Source: Candidatus Poribacteria bacterium
GTDB lineage: Bacteria > Poribacteria > WGA-4E > PCPOR2b
Assembly (NCBI GenBank): GCA_965208425.1
Contig: OZ242335.1
Location: 11,018 to 75,017 of the forward strand
DNA: 64,000 nucleotides
Direction of reading: 5' to 3'
Within the stretch, counting starts at the first letter, position 1. Each line of letters begins with the position of its first letter. The notes beneath the pieces were generated by a model that was not told the DNA's origin, did no database searches, and worked only from the letters and a program-made list of their open reading frames with translations. Positions 8,333 to 18,210 of this stretch are shown one piece after another. The position numbers and the translations under genes were made by a program.

Positions 8333-8409
8333 CAGGATAAAACCCCCTTTCCCACTATCCTGAATATCCCTAAATCCTACAAATCCTGATTTGACTTTGG
8401 GAGGCAAAA

Positions 8410-9750
8410 ATGTCAAACACCGAGACAAAAAACGCACTGTTCCACCGCGATTTGAGTTATGACTATCCCCTAATAGTGCGCGGAGAAGGAATTTATCTCT
8501 ACGATGAAACGGGCAAGCGCTACATCGACGGTGCCGCCGGTGCTAGCAATGTCACCTTGGGACATGGTCGTCAGCGTATCGCGGATGCGATGGCAGAACA
8601 GGGCAAGACACTCGCCTATTGCTTCGCCACCCATTTTACGACCCAACCGGCCCTCGACTTAGCCGATCGGGTTGCCAAAATAGCCCCCGGCGACCTGAAT
8701 CACGCCTACTTCGTTTCGGGCGGTTCGGAGGGGATTGAAACAGCGATTAAAATTGCCCGGCAATACCACGTGCAACGTGGAAATGGTCAAAAGCACCAAG
8801 TTATCTCCCGCTGGCGCGGCTACCACGGCGCGACACTCGGCGCTTTGGGTGTCACAGGTACACCGGGAATGCGCGACCTTTTCGCTCCCTTGCTCCCCAA
8901 TTTTCCGCACATCGCCCCCTGCTATCCATATCGCTGCGCGTTTGCGGGTTGTGAAGGCAAATGCAACCTGACCTGTGCCCATGAACTGGAGCAGATGATT
9001 TTGCAGACCGGTCCTGAGAATGTGGCAGCATTTGTGGCGGAACCGTTGGTGCTCGGAGGGATCGCTGCGGCTATACCGCCCAAGGATTACTATCCACTCG
9101 TCCGTGAAATTTGCGATAAATATGATGTCCTATATATTGCTGATGAAATTATCACCGGCTTCGGGCGCAGCGGACGATATTTTGCCATTGAACATTGGGA
9201 TGTCGTCCCCGATATGATTGTCTTTGGAAAGGCAGCGAGCAGCGGCTACGCCCCTTTGAGCGGTGTGATTGTTAAGGATAGTATTCGTGATACCTTCGCG
9301 GCGGGTGGCACACCTTTCGCCCATGTGTTCACCTATGTCAATAACCCCATAGCAATGCGGGTTGGACTGGAGGTGCTAGACATCATCGAAGAGGAGGGAA
9401 TTCTTGAGCATACGGCAGAGATGGGCGCGTATCTGTTAGAAAAGGCAAGCATGTTAGACGCCCATCCGAGCGTCGGTGAGATCCGAGGGCTTGGACTGAT
9501 TCTCGGCATCGAACTGGTACGCGACAAAGATACGAAGGAACCGTTCCCCGCATCGCTTGGCTTTCACAAGCGTCTCAACAAGATTCTACTGGACACGGGC
9601 TTGTCCACAGGGAGTGGTGGCGGTACAGCAGATTGGGTGAACGGTGACGACCTGCGTTTTTATCCTCCGCTCATTATCACGCGCAGCCAGATTGACGACG
9701 TAATCGACATCATTGACGAGGGTTTGAGCCAATTGGAAGCGGAAATTTAA
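8410..9750 (+). CDS. class III (omega) aminotransferase, PLP-dependent
   Basis: 446 aa. Segments FVSGGSEGIETAIKIAR, YIADEIITGFGRSG and FGKAASSGYAPL (PLP Lys) are typical. Confidence 0.85.
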   Translation: MSNTETKNALFHRDLSYDYPLIVRGEGIYLYDETGKRYIDGAAGASNVTLGHGRQRIADAMAEQGKTLAYCFATHFTTQPALDLADRVAKIAPGDLNHAYFVSGGSEGIETAIKIARQYHVQRGNGQKHQVISRWRGYHGATLGALGVTGTPGMRDLFAPLLPNFPHIAPCYPYRCAFAGCEGKCNLTCAHELEQMILQTGPENVAAFVAEPLVLGGIAAAIPPKDYYPLVREICDKYDVLYIADEIITGFGRSGRYFAIEHWDVVPDMIVFGKAASSGYAPLSGVIVKDSIRDTFAAGGTPFAHVFTYVNNPIAMRVGLEVLDIIEEEGILEHTAEMGAYLLEKASMLDAHPSVGEIRGLGLILGIELVRDKDTKEPFPASLGFHKRLNKILLDTGLSTGSGGGTADWVNGDDLRFYPPLIITRSQIDDVIDIIDEGLSQLEAEI

Positions 9751-9813
9751 CGCAAAGGCACATAGCAAAAAATAGAACGCAAGGACGCAAAGAAGAAACT
9801 ATTAAAAAGTCTT

Positions 9814-9872
9814 GGCTCATGTTAAGAAATGGTGCAACAGAAACCGAGTTTTCAAGAAAAAACTCGGTTTCT
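9814..9872. repeat. MITE type B fragment between convergent genes
   Basis: ggctcatgttaagaaatggtgcaacagaaaccgagttttcaagaaaaaactcggtttct. It is flanked by inverted cgcaaagaagaaa / tttctttgcg. Confidence 0.8.
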
Positions 9873-9924
9873 CAAAGTCTTTTCTTTGCGACTCTGCGAC
9901 TTCGCGTTAAATTTCTCGGCATCT

Positions 9925-10665
9925 TTACCCGAATAGTGGATTGGTCGTACCGAATGCGTCTACTGCTGTACCCGTAACAGCTGAACTCGTATCTGAGGCT
10001 AGGAAAACGGCGAGCGCGGCAATCTCTTCGGGCAGCATCAACTTCGGATTCTCCTCTCTGCCCCCGCTCCCGAATGCCTCGCGGAAGCCCTCCGTGTCAA
10101 CCCCACCGGGACATATGCAGTTGACATCAATCCCGTGCTGCTTGACCTCGGCTGCGACGCTCTCCGTTAGGCTGATTAGTGCGGCTTTCGTCACCCGATA
10201 GGCAGTCCGACCTTTCCCCCCTTTGCGCCCGCCAATGCTTGAGATGTTGATTATCTTGCCGTAACTGTTTTCGATCATGCTCGGCAGGGCGAACTTTGTG
10301 AGTAACGCAGCACCGGTTAGGTTCACATCCATGACCTGCCGCCACAGATCGGCATCCAAGTCCACCAGATCTATAGGAGGGTGGATGATGGCAGCATTAT
10401 TGACTAAAATATCAATCCCTCCAAATTTCTTCACCGTTTCGTCCGCGATGCGCTGGATGTCTCCCTCGACTCCTAGGTCTGCTGTCACCGCTAATCCCGC
10501 CGATCCCGCCTCCTCGACCTGAGCGATGACGGCTTCAATCGCGGTTGTCGTGCGGGCAGTAGCAACCACGTTCGCACCTTCCTGACCGAATGCCAGCGCA
10601 ATCGCTCTCCCGATCCCTTGGCTCGCACCGGTGACAATGGCAGTCCTATTCTCAAGTTGTCCCAT
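9925..10665 (-). CDS. SDR family oxidoreductase (FabG-like)
   Basis: I trimmed the start to MGQLENRTAIVTGASQGIGR. The Y-x-x-x-K motif (YRVTKAA) is present. Confidence 0.8.
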   Translation of the reverse strand: MGQLENRTAIVTGASQGIGRAIALAFGQEGANVVATARTTTAIEAVIAQVEEAGSAGLAVTADLGVEGDIQRIADETVKKFGGIDILVNNAAIIHPPIDLVDLDADLWRQVMDVNLTGAALLTKFALPSMIENSYGKIINISSIGGRKGGKGRTAYRVTKAALISLTESVAAEVKQHGIDVNCICPGGVDTEGFREAFGSGGREENPKLMLPEEIAALAVFLASDTSSAVTGTAVDAFGTTNPLFG

Positions 10666-10745
10666 TAATTTTCCCTTTCGACCTTTTATAGTTCCTAATT
10701 TATTTTTTGGTACTAGCGAGGATGTTGAGTTCAAGAGCTCATTTG

Positions 10746-10814
10746 TTCACTAGTTCATTAGTACATTAATAAACCAATGAACCAGAGAACCAATGTATCA
10801 ATTTCACCTTTCAC
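10746..10814. repeat. aaccaatgaac / gtgaaa motif cluster (inverted relative to 5248 copy)
   Basis: ttcactagttcattagtacattaataaaccaatgaaccagagaaccaatgtatcaatttcacctttcac. Confidence 0.5.
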
Positions 10815-10823
10815 TCTTGGTTA

Positions 10824-11645
10824 CTATCGCGTCGTCAAATCGTCCTCTAAGTCATAGCCGTCGAATTGTCCCCGTTCCATACAAACAGCCATCACGAGCA
10901 TTTCCAAATCCTCTTGCCTGTGGTTGTAGATACCGTGCGATCCTCCCAGCTTGTTCGGGATAGCGTCGCCCACATGCACCTCTTCTGTTTCATCGTCCAC
11001 CGTCATTCGACCGCTGCCCGCCATGATGATGTAGGTCTCCTCTATCACGTCGTGGCGGTGGTACCCGACCGACGCACCGGGCGGGACCACGCAGTGAATA
11101 ACGAACCCCCAATTGGTTCGGAAATCCTGATGCCCCCAAACCTGTCTTATCCCTACTTTCCCTTTGCCCTCATGGACATTTGGGATAAATGTCAGTAGAT
11201 TGCGATCAAGCCGCCCAATGGGAAGTCTATCAACCGCCTCCAACGGCGCACCGACACGATCCTCCCCGAAGTCTGTGCAATCATATCCGCCCCCCGGATT
11301 TGCGACACAGAAATTCATGAACCGCGTCTCTTTGTCCGTATGATTGTAGATGGCGTGCGATTCCCCTTTTCGGCAGGGGACCGTCGCGCCTCCAACCACC
11401 TCTGCCGTTCTGCCGTTGTGAGTGAACTGTGCGGCGTTGTCCAGAATCGTGAACATCTCCTCACATTCATCGTGACGGTGATGACCAATCCCACCGCCGG
11501 GCGGCAAAATCGCATAATGGACAAACCACCAAGGCGTCTGAAAATCGCCCTCGCCCCAGAGCCCCTTAATCAAAAGATGACCTGCCCCGCCATGGACACC
11601 TTCCGACACACTCAATTCATCCCTTTGCACATGAGCAATACGCAT
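10824..11645 (-). CDS. bicupin protein (two tandem cupin domains)
   Basis: I set the start at MRIAHVQ, which follows an AAGGGGA RBS. Two copies of the G..HRH...EE.. and GESH/GGSHGIYNH motifs are present. Confidence 0.7.
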   Translation of the reverse strand: MRIAHVQRDELSVSEGVHGGAGHLLIKGLWGEGDFQTPWWFVHYAILPPGGGIGHHRHDECEEMFTILDNAAQFTHNGRTAEVVGGATVPCRKGESHAIYNHTDKETRFMNFCVANPGGGYDCTDFGEDRVGAPLEAVDRLPIGRLDRNLLTFIPNVHEGKGKVGIRQVWGHQDFRTNWGFVIHCVVPPGASVGYHRHDVIEETYIIMAGSGRMTVDDETEEVHVGDAIPNKLGGSHGIYNHRQEDLEMLVMAVCMERGQFDGYDLEDDLTTR

Positions 11646-11788
11646 GACTATTTTCCCCTTTTCTTGTCGCTGCAATCCTCAAAATCAACAAAGGGTATCT
11701 TACCACGTCTGAGACCTCAACTCAACAAAATTTGTGCGCGTGGATGAGACAGTATGTAATACCAATTCTGACAAAGAATAACGCATTG

Positions 11789-11835
11789 TTGAAACGTGAA
11801 ACGTGATGCGTGAATCAGTTCATTGGGTAATTGGG
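11789..11835. repeat. GAAACGT direct-repeat motif plus gttcattgg box
   Basis: ttgaaacgtgaaacgtgatgcgtgaatcagttcattgggtaattgg, located in a divergent promoter region. Confidence 0.65.
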
Positions 11836-12027
11836 GTTGTTCGTGGGTACAGATTTCCCAATCTGTACATGGACATCGGAAGTGTCCAAGTAATTCTATA
11901 ATCTACCATAAATGACCCTAAACCAACTTGCTTTTGGAGTTGACGGAGTACATGTTCTGTGCTACACTCGACATTAACATAAAAATTTATTATTGAAAAT
12001 CTGTTTTCTATTTACGGAGTATTTGCC

Positions 12028-12828
12028 ATGATGAAAATCGGTGCCATGTCTTTGAATGTCAGAGATACAACTGCTACCGCCTTTGCACAAATTGTCTATG
12101 ACTTGGGATATGACATGATTGAGTTGCATACGAGTGCGTTTGAATCTACCGACATTGATTATCTGCGAACCGTCAAAAAAGATTTGATGAAGAAGGGGTT
12201 ACCGCTCGGATACATCGGAATCAGCAACGATTTTGGCTGTCCGATTGAGGAACATCCGGAGCAAGTTGCGTTGATCAAGAAGTGGATTGATGTTGCAGAT
12301 TTCATGAGTTGTCCATTGGTCCGCGTCTTCGCTGCATACCTTCGGGAAGAGCACGAAGACGAAGAGGAACTTTGGCCACCGATGATTGCCGGGTTCAAGG
12401 AAGTTGCGGAGTATGGCTACGAAAAAGGGATCCTCGTCGGCTTACAGAATCACAATCACAACAATGTCACCCGCACCGGCGATGATCTGCTTCGCGCCCT
12501 CCGTGAAACGGATCACCCCTATTTTACACACATCGTCGATACCGGACAGTACGCCGGTTCGCCCGGCGCAAGCGGTCACCGGGGTTCGGCTCACCCGAAT
12601 TACGACTGCTACGATAGTATCGCAAAGACGGCTCCTTACGCGGTGTACGCTCGCACGAAGTTCTATCAGATAGACAGCGGTGTGGAGGAGTGGCTTGACT
12701 ATCCACGCATCCTTGATATTTTTCGTGGAATCGGTTATAACGGCTGCCTGTCGGTGGTCTACGAAGGCGAGTCCGATCGGGTGGAGTCAATGCGGAAAGC
12801 GTTGAACTATCTTCGCTCAATTATGTGA
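12028..12828 (+). CDS. sugar phosphate isomerase/epimerase (xylose isomerase-like TIM barrel), paralog of 1277-2083
   Basis: 266 aa and collinear with 1277-2083: LPLGYIG, VRVF, GLQNH, IVDTGQY, AKIYK/TKFYQIDSG.EEWLDY, NGC.S..EG. Confidence 0.75.
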   Translation: MMKIGAMSLNVRDTTATAFAQIVYDLGYDMIELHTSAFESTDIDYLRTVKKDLMKKGLPLGYIGISNDFGCPIEEHPEQVALIKKWIDVADFMSCPLVRVFAAYLREEHEDEEELWPPMIAGFKEVAEYGYEKGILVGLQNHNHNNVTRTGDDLLRALRETDHPYFTHIVDTGQYAGSPGASGHRGSAHPNYDCYDSIAKTAPYAVYARTKFYQIDSGVEEWLDYPRILDIFRGIGYNGCLSVVYEGESDRVESMRKALNYLRSIM

Positions 12829-12836
12829 AATGTCAA

Positions 12837-13508
12837 ATGAATCGGATTGTTGACTTGACAATGCCAATCGAGAACCACTTTCGGTGGCCCGTAGATCGGC
12901 AACTCAAAGAGGACTTCAACACGGGCAGCACTTTCCAAGTGACTTGGGCTGGCTGGGCGGTTCATGGATTTACGCATATTGACGCGCCGCGGCATATCGA
13001 CCCAAACGGTCAGACAACGAGCGATATTTCACTCAATCAGATTGTGGGCAGAGCGGCAATTGTCGATCTCACCGGCATCGAACGCAATTCAGCGATTACT
13101 GACACCCAAGTCCGTGATGCCGGCGAGCATATCAATCCGGGCGACATCGTCCTGCTGAAAACCTGTTGGGACGAGGTTGCCTCGCCAAAGACGCCGGAAT
13201 TCTGGACGACTGCGCCTTACATGACCCGACCAGCGTGCAAGTGGCTCTTATCGCGCCAGATTAAAGCGGTTGGTTACGATTTTCCACAAGATTATCCCAT
13301 CCGAAAGCTGCTTGACAAAGAGGTCGCACCGATTTCTGAGTTTGTAACACATGATGTGTTGCTTCGTAATGGCGTCATCATGATTGAGTATCTTTGTAAC
13401 TTGCGCCAATTAACGACCTCCCACACCCAACTCTACGCGCTCCCGTTGAAGATTCTGGAATCGGACGGTGCGCCCGCTCGTGTGATTGCCGTTCAGACTG
13501 AGGCGTAA
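12837..13508 (+). CDS. cyclase family protein (kynurenine formamidase-like fold)
   Basis: MNRIVDLTMPI start (an alternative GTG is at 12825). HGFTHIDAPRH matches the HxGTHxDxPxH motif. Confidence 0.7.
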   Translation: MNRIVDLTMPIENHFRWPVDRQLKEDFNTGSTFQVTWAGWAVHGFTHIDAPRHIDPNGQTTSDISLNQIVGRAAIVDLTGIERNSAITDTQVRDAGEHINPGDIVLLKTCWDEVASPKTPEFWTTAPYMTRPACKWLLSRQIKAVGYDFPQDYPIRKLLDKEVAPISEFVTHDVLLRNGVIMIEYLCNLRQLTTSHTQLYALPLKILESDGAPARVIAVQTEA

Positions 13509-13572
13509 AAGCGCGCCACAGCTATCGGTGAGCACGATTGCTTACCTCGCAAGTGCGCTGGGAATAGAGAAT

Positions 13573-15090
13573 ATGGAATCACATTCACACTATTTCGATC
13601 GTCAAGACTTCGCGCCGTGTTACACTTTGCATTTTCGTCCCGAAGGTGCACTCGTTGGGGACGCATCTTTCTACTGTCAGGACGGCGAGTGCCACCTTTT
13701 CTACCTGAGCAAAAGAAACGATGATCCGCCGAGACTTCCTCGTTGTGAGCTTGACCACGCTGTGAGCACCGATCTTCTCCATTGGGAGCTTTTGCCGCCG
13801 GCACTACTGCCCGGGCAGCCGGGAGAGCCGGATGATGACGGAATAGGGGGTGCGACGATAGCGTATTCCGAGGGGAAGTACCAATTGTTCTACGCCGGCA
13901 CCAACCCCCAAGTGATCTATCATGCCCGTAGCGACGATTTAATCACGTGGGAGAAAGACTCTCCCTTGCAACCGATAATCGTTCCGGATCCGCGCTGGTA
14001 CGTTCCCCACGATGCCCCTGTAGAAGATCCCTATCTCCTTACAGCGTGGCGGGACCCGTTTCTGTTCTACGATGATCCAAGCGAACAGTATGTGATGGTA
14101 ACTACCGCCCGGCTCAACCATGGCCCGATGCGGGAACGGGGCTGTGTGGCTTGGACTGTTAGCAAAGATCTGAAAAACTGGGAGGTAAAGCCACCCCTTT
14201 ATAGCCCTTTTATTGGGGCAGCCCTTGAGGTTATAGAGATTTTTAGAATGGAAGGGCGTTACTATTTGATCTTCTGCCACGGAGAGACAAACACCACGCG
14301 CTACCGCGTCGCAGAACGGCTGGAAGGTCCCTATCTCTGTCCTGAAGACGACATTCTTCTGCCAAACTATATGTACGCCCCTCGAACCGCTATGATGGGT
14401 GGCAATCATTACCTCGTCCCTTGGGCGGCAGACCGCATCGGCGGTAACGATGATTACCAACCGGAATGGGGTGGAGAGGGATACGCTTGGGGCGGAGTGC
14501 TGGGAACTCCTCAGCATATTCGACCTCTGCCGGATGGAGGAATCGGTCTGTTTTATCCAAACATCATTGATTCCTTGGGGGGCGAGGCATTGATAGGTCC
14601 AAGTTCATTGGAGCAGGTGCGATCGGAACGGGGAGAGTGGCAAGGGAGGTCAGGGAGACTCTCCACCGCCTCTTCGCAGGGTATGGCGCGAGGGATGCTT
14701 TCCGCCGGCGGAACGGATTTTATTCTCTCCTGCGAGATAACGATGAAACAAGGTGCCGCAGCAGGCTTGATTCTCCGCGGGAGCGAAACCGGCGAGGCAG
14801 GTTACTTCCTGCGTTTAGAGCCTAGAAGCAGTGTCATTTCGTTATGGCGATACCCCAGACCATGGGTGATCTCCCGCCCGATGGCGATGAAGATTACGCC
14901 TGATGTTGATTATAATCGACCTCTAGTGTTAAAAGTCCTACTCCACAGACACATCTTAGACGTCTACCTGAACGACAGGCTAGTCATCTCGCGTGTTGTT
15001 CACGACTATAAGGAAGGACGTTTCGGCGTTTTCGTCGAGGATGCCGAGAGCGAATTTGTCGCGCTCAAAGCGAATGAGCTAAAGGAATGA
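13573..15090 (+). CDS. GH32/GH-J-like five-bladed propeller hydrolase with C-terminal concanavalin/DUF1080-like domain
   Basis: I set the start at ATG 13573. VGDASFYCQDGECHLFYL sits in the nucleophile region and WRDPFLFY is an RDP motif. The C-terminus reads GLILRGSE..GYFLRLEP..GRFGVFVED. Confidence 0.5.
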   Translation: MESHSHYFDRQDFAPCYTLHFRPEGALVGDASFYCQDGECHLFYLSKRNDDPPRLPRCELDHAVSTDLLHWELLPPALLPGQPGEPDDDGIGGATIAYSEGKYQLFYAGTNPQVIYHARSDDLITWEKDSPLQPIIVPDPRWYVPHDAPVEDPYLLTAWRDPFLFYDDPSEQYVMVTTARLNHGPMRERGCVAWTVSKDLKNWEVKPPLYSPFIGAALEVIEIFRMEGRYYLIFCHGETNTTRYRVAERLEGPYLCPEDDILLPNYMYAPRTAMMGGNHYLVPWAADRIGGNDDYQPEWGGEGYAWGGVLGTPQHIRPLPDGGIGLFYPNIIDSLGGEALIGPSSLEQVRSERGEWQGRSGRLSTASSQGMARGMLSAGGTDFILSCEITMKQGAAAGLILRGSETGEAGYFLRLEPRSSVISLWRYPRPWVISRPMAMKITPDVDYNRPLVLKVLLHRHILDVYLNDRLVISRVVHDYKEGRFGVFVEDAESEFVALKANELKE

Positions 15091-15133
15091 GTCTGTCGGA
15101 CAGTCTTTCGTTTTCTCGCATCTTATAACAAGT

Positions 15134-15264
15134 GGTAGACTTTAGAATTAATGAGACACTCTCAATGTACAACTAACCCCCTAAATCCCCCTTATCAGGG
15201 GGACTTGGGAAACTTCGCGAAAGCCGGAGTCACTGGTACTGTCTACTTATCTCTCTAATTAACC
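15134..15264. repeat. 130-nt dispersed element, type D (CCCCCT-tatc-AGGGGG hairpin core)
   Basis: ggtagactttagaattaatgagacac ... aaccccctaaatcccccttatcagggggactt ... gtctacttatctctctaatt. Copies at 31380, 54299 and 36706 (variant core), plus a core-only copy at 31871. Confidence 0.85.
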
Positions 15265-15281
15265 AAAGGAATAGAGATTCA

Positions 15282-16433
15282 ATGAAGATTACTGATATTA
15301 AGCCGATCCCAGTGCAGGTCGGGCACAGAAATCAACTGGTGGTTAAAGTCGAAACAGACAAAGGGATTTACGGTTGGGGAGAATCCGGGGTATCGGGGCG
15401 TGAACTAGCTGTCATCGGTGCGATTCAGCACTATCGCGAATTCCTCATCGGTCGCGACCCAATGCACATTGGCGGACTCTGGCAGGAGATGTATCGGAGC
15501 CAGTATTTTGAGGGCGGACGCATCTTGACCGCCGCTATCGCTGCTATTGACATCGCACTTTACGATATCGCGGGCAAGGCACTCGGTGTACCGGTCTACC
15601 AATTGCTCGGCGGGAAACAGCGGGACTTTGTCCCCTGTTTTGCCACCACCTTTGCCGAATCGCTTGAAAAGTTGATTGAGGATACCAATTTGCTGATCGA
15701 AAATGGTTGGAATGTCATCCGCACGGCACCAGTTCAAGATAGCGATCCAGCGGTTTTTGAGCCACGGGAGTCCATTGCCATAACCGCCAGCCAGTTGACT
15801 CAACTTCGGGAAGCGGTCGGTCCTGCGCCTGTCCTAGGTATCGATTACCACCATCGTCTGAGTGTCGCGGAAGCGGCATCTTTTTGCCAGCGTATGCCCA
15901 GTGGCACCCTCGACTTCCTCGAAGAGCCGATTCGCGATCAGACGCCGGCGGCGTATGAATCTTTGCGCCAGATGGTTGATGTTCCCTTTGCAATCGGAGA
16001 AGAAATTTCCAGCAAATGGGATTTTTTGCCTTATCTAGAACGGGGGATTACCAATTTTGCTCGCATTGATGTCTGTAATGTTGGGGGATTAACGGAAGCG
16101 ATGAAAGTGGCGAGTTTGGCGGAAACCCACTATATCGACCTGATGCCGCATAATCCGTTGGGTTCGATTTGCACGGCGGCCACGGTACATCTAGCCGCAG
16201 CGGTTCCTAACTTTGCTTGGTTGGAGGTGCGCGTTTCACCGACAGAGCAGAGTGGATTTTACGATGAAGATTTTTTCCCGATGCAACCAAAACTCGAAGG
16301 GGACCGCTTCGTGGTGCCGGATACGCCGGGGCTTGGTGTTGAGTTCAACGAAGAGATGGTAGCGAATCAGACCTTTACATTCTGGGAGGCACCGCACTGG
16401 CGACGCCGCGATGGATCTTACACCAACTGGTAG
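15282..16433 (+). CDS. enolase-superfamily dehydratase, D-galactonate dehydratase (DgoD)-like
   Basis: 383 aa. MKITDIKP..VKVETDKGIYGWGE..IGRDP..LWQEMYR..AIDIALYDIAGK is collinear with DgoD-type mandelate racemase family members. Confidence 0.75.
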   Translation: MKITDIKPIPVQVGHRNQLVVKVETDKGIYGWGESGVSGRELAVIGAIQHYREFLIGRDPMHIGGLWQEMYRSQYFEGGRILTAAIAAIDIALYDIAGKALGVPVYQLLGGKQRDFVPCFATTFAESLEKLIEDTNLLIENGWNVIRTAPVQDSDPAVFEPRESIAITASQLTQLREAVGPAPVLGIDYHHRLSVAEAASFCQRMPSGTLDFLEEPIRDQTPAAYESLRQMVDVPFAIGEEISSKWDFLPYLERGITNFARIDVCNVGGLTEAMKVASLAETHYIDLMPHNPLGSICTAATVHLAAAVPNFAWLEVRVSPTEQSGFYDEDFFPMQPKLEGDRFVVPDTPGLGVEFNEEMVANQTFTFWEAPHWRRRDGSYTNW

Positions 16434-16464
16434 CTGCAACAGTCGTCCGTAAGAGGAGGAACTT

Positions 16465-17346
16465 GTGAGGTCAACCGACGACCAACCGATTCGCTGGATC
16501 CACGTTACAGACCTACAATTGGGTTTTGGTAAGTCTGACGACAATGACAATGATACGAACGCCCGGAGACTCATTGAGCAGGTTGTGTCTGAGGAGGTGG
16601 ATTTCGTCGTCAATTCGGGTGATCTCATTCATGGCGCACACGCGAATCAGACGCTCGAAACGATCGCGGAGTATTGGTCGGACTATCAGACAACTGTGAA
16701 ACCCCTCAAAGGGAAGTCCCCCATTCTTTCCGCCCCGGGCAACCACGACATGACGCGTGAGGATAGATCTATGGAGCGGTACTGCCTAGAAACAGGGAGA
16801 GCGGACCAACCGTCATACTACGCAACAACGATTCAAGGCGTGCATGTCGTATGTCTAGACGTCGTTTCAGGTCTGCACCGGGGAGGTTTTCCCAAAGGGG
16901 CTGAACAAGAGGCGTGGTTGAAGCAGGAACTGAACCGTTTACCTCAAGTTAGATGCCTTATTGCGGTCGGCCATTACCCGATCTTTCTGTCTCCTGATTT
17001 TTACGGAAGGTTTTCGGATTCGTCCCTATGTTATGATGAACGTACCGGGCAAGAGGGGGTTCTGCTTCCCATCCTGCTCGAAGGTGGGGCCGATCTCTAT
17101 CTTTGCGGTCATCTACACACCTATGAGCGGACACGGTATGGCCGGTTGACCCAAGTGATGGCTGGTGCCTACGGGGTTGCTTACCCGGATCTGATGCCAT
17201 ATCAACCGAGTCAGCATTGTCAAGCCCTAGACGAACGACAGTGTTACGTCCGCTACACCCTGACTGAGGACTCTATCCATGCTGAAGCGCTATCGCTACA
17301 AGGAGCAGTTGTGGATGCCTGGTCGCAGGCGCTTAATCGGGGTTAG
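16465..17346 (+). CDS. metallophosphoesterase
   Basis: GTG start after an AGGAGG RBS. Motifs: VTDLQ, SGDLIHG, GNHD, GHYP, GHLHTYE. Confidence 0.75.
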   Translation: MRSTDDQPIRWIHVTDLQLGFGKSDDNDNDTNARRLIEQVVSEEVDFVVNSGDLIHGAHANQTLETIAEYWSDYQTTVKPLKGKSPILSAPGNHDMTREDRSMERYCLETGRADQPSYYATTIQGVHVVCLDVVSGLHRGGFPKGAEQEAWLKQELNRLPQVRCLIAVGHYPIFLSPDFYGRFSDSSLCYDERTGQEGVLLPILLEGGADLYLCGHLHTYERTRYGRLTQVMAGAYGVAYPDLMPYQPSQHCQALDERQCYVRYTLTEDSIHAEALSLQGAVVDAWSQALNRG

Positions 17347-17552
17347 CTGTCAGTAGTGTGATAACAACTCAAAAGCGGCAATGCTGAATCTACCGCACTA
17401 AATTCGACGGGCAACGCGAAAATTATATTGTAGTTGCCTGATTCATCAGGCTGTTGTTGCCTAGCTCATCGGGTATAATGAACTGTAGTTGCCCGATTCA
17501 TCGGGTGTCGGAACCGTTCGCAGCAATTTTCTAATTCACCGGAAAGGAATTC

Positions 17553-17720
17553 ATGATGAAACAAGTTATCATCGAAAATCCTGTTATCAATTCCCCCTTC
17601 TCTGAACCCGAACGCCACTTCAAATTCGATGAAGGAGGTATCACTGACGAAATTCTCGAAAGGCGGCGACAGAGTGAGTATTTCATTCTGAATAGGATTA
17701 TGTTATTTTTCAACAAATGA
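17553..17720 (+). pseudogene. N-terminal remnant of a type III restriction Res-like/DEAD-box helicase gene
   Basis: 55-codon ORF, absent from the track because it is under 60 aa. MMKQVIIENPVINSPFSEPERHFKFDEGGITDEILERRRQSEYF resembles the conserved N-terminus of Res-type helicases as I recall it. It then degenerates and stops in an ATGA overlap with the RAYT start. Confidence 0.4.
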
Positions 17721-18154
17721 AAGCCATTAAAAATATACGTCTAAGAAATTACGATTACTCAACCAACGGCTATTGCTTCGTTACGGTTCTCACAAATCAT
17801 CGGCGACCATATTTAACGAAAAATCTATATAAGTTGGTCAACGCCGTGATTCAAGAATTGAATGAACTAGAGGGGGTAAGAGTAGACTATGCGGTTGTAA
17901 TGTCCAATCATATCCATCTTATCTTGATATTGAGCGATTGTCCATTCAAATTGGGTGAAATTGTTCGCCGCCTGAAAGCTAAAACGAGTCAGAAAGCCGG
18001 ATTGAAGTTATGGCAACCCAATTATTACGAGCAGGTGATTCGACACGATCAGGCACTATCGCGAATTCGGCAATACGTTATTAACAATCCGCACGTGGAA
18101 CAAATTGAATTTAGAGATTTTTATGACAGCAACAAGCCTGACCGCAAAACGTAA
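17717..18154 (+). CDS. REP-associated tyrosine transposase (RAYT, IS200/Y1 HUH family)
   Basis: 145 aa. It has the HUH motif (NHIHLIL) and the C-terminal Tyr region LWQPNYYEQVIR. REPs flank it. Confidence 0.85.
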   Translation: MKAIKNIRLRNYDYSTNGYCFVTVLTNHRRPYLTKNLYKLVNAVIQELNELEGVRVDYAVVMSNHIHLILILSDCPFKLGEIVRRLKAKTSQKAGLKLWQPNYYEQVIRHDQALSRIRQYVINNPHVEQIEFRDFYDSNKPDRKT

Positions 18155-18210
18155 TTATTCTGTAGGTCGGTGATTCATCGCTGCTAATGCCTTGATAAAT
18201 AGGAAAAAAA

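Noticed and set aside
11860-11885. Inverted repeat tggaca-tcggaag-tgtcca in the bicupin/isomerase divergent region as a second bEBP site (it shares TGTCC with the 33046 palindrome)
   Set aside because: It has only 6-bp arms with a different spacer, and there is no -24/-12 element nearby. The similarity to the UAS is too short to be meaningful.
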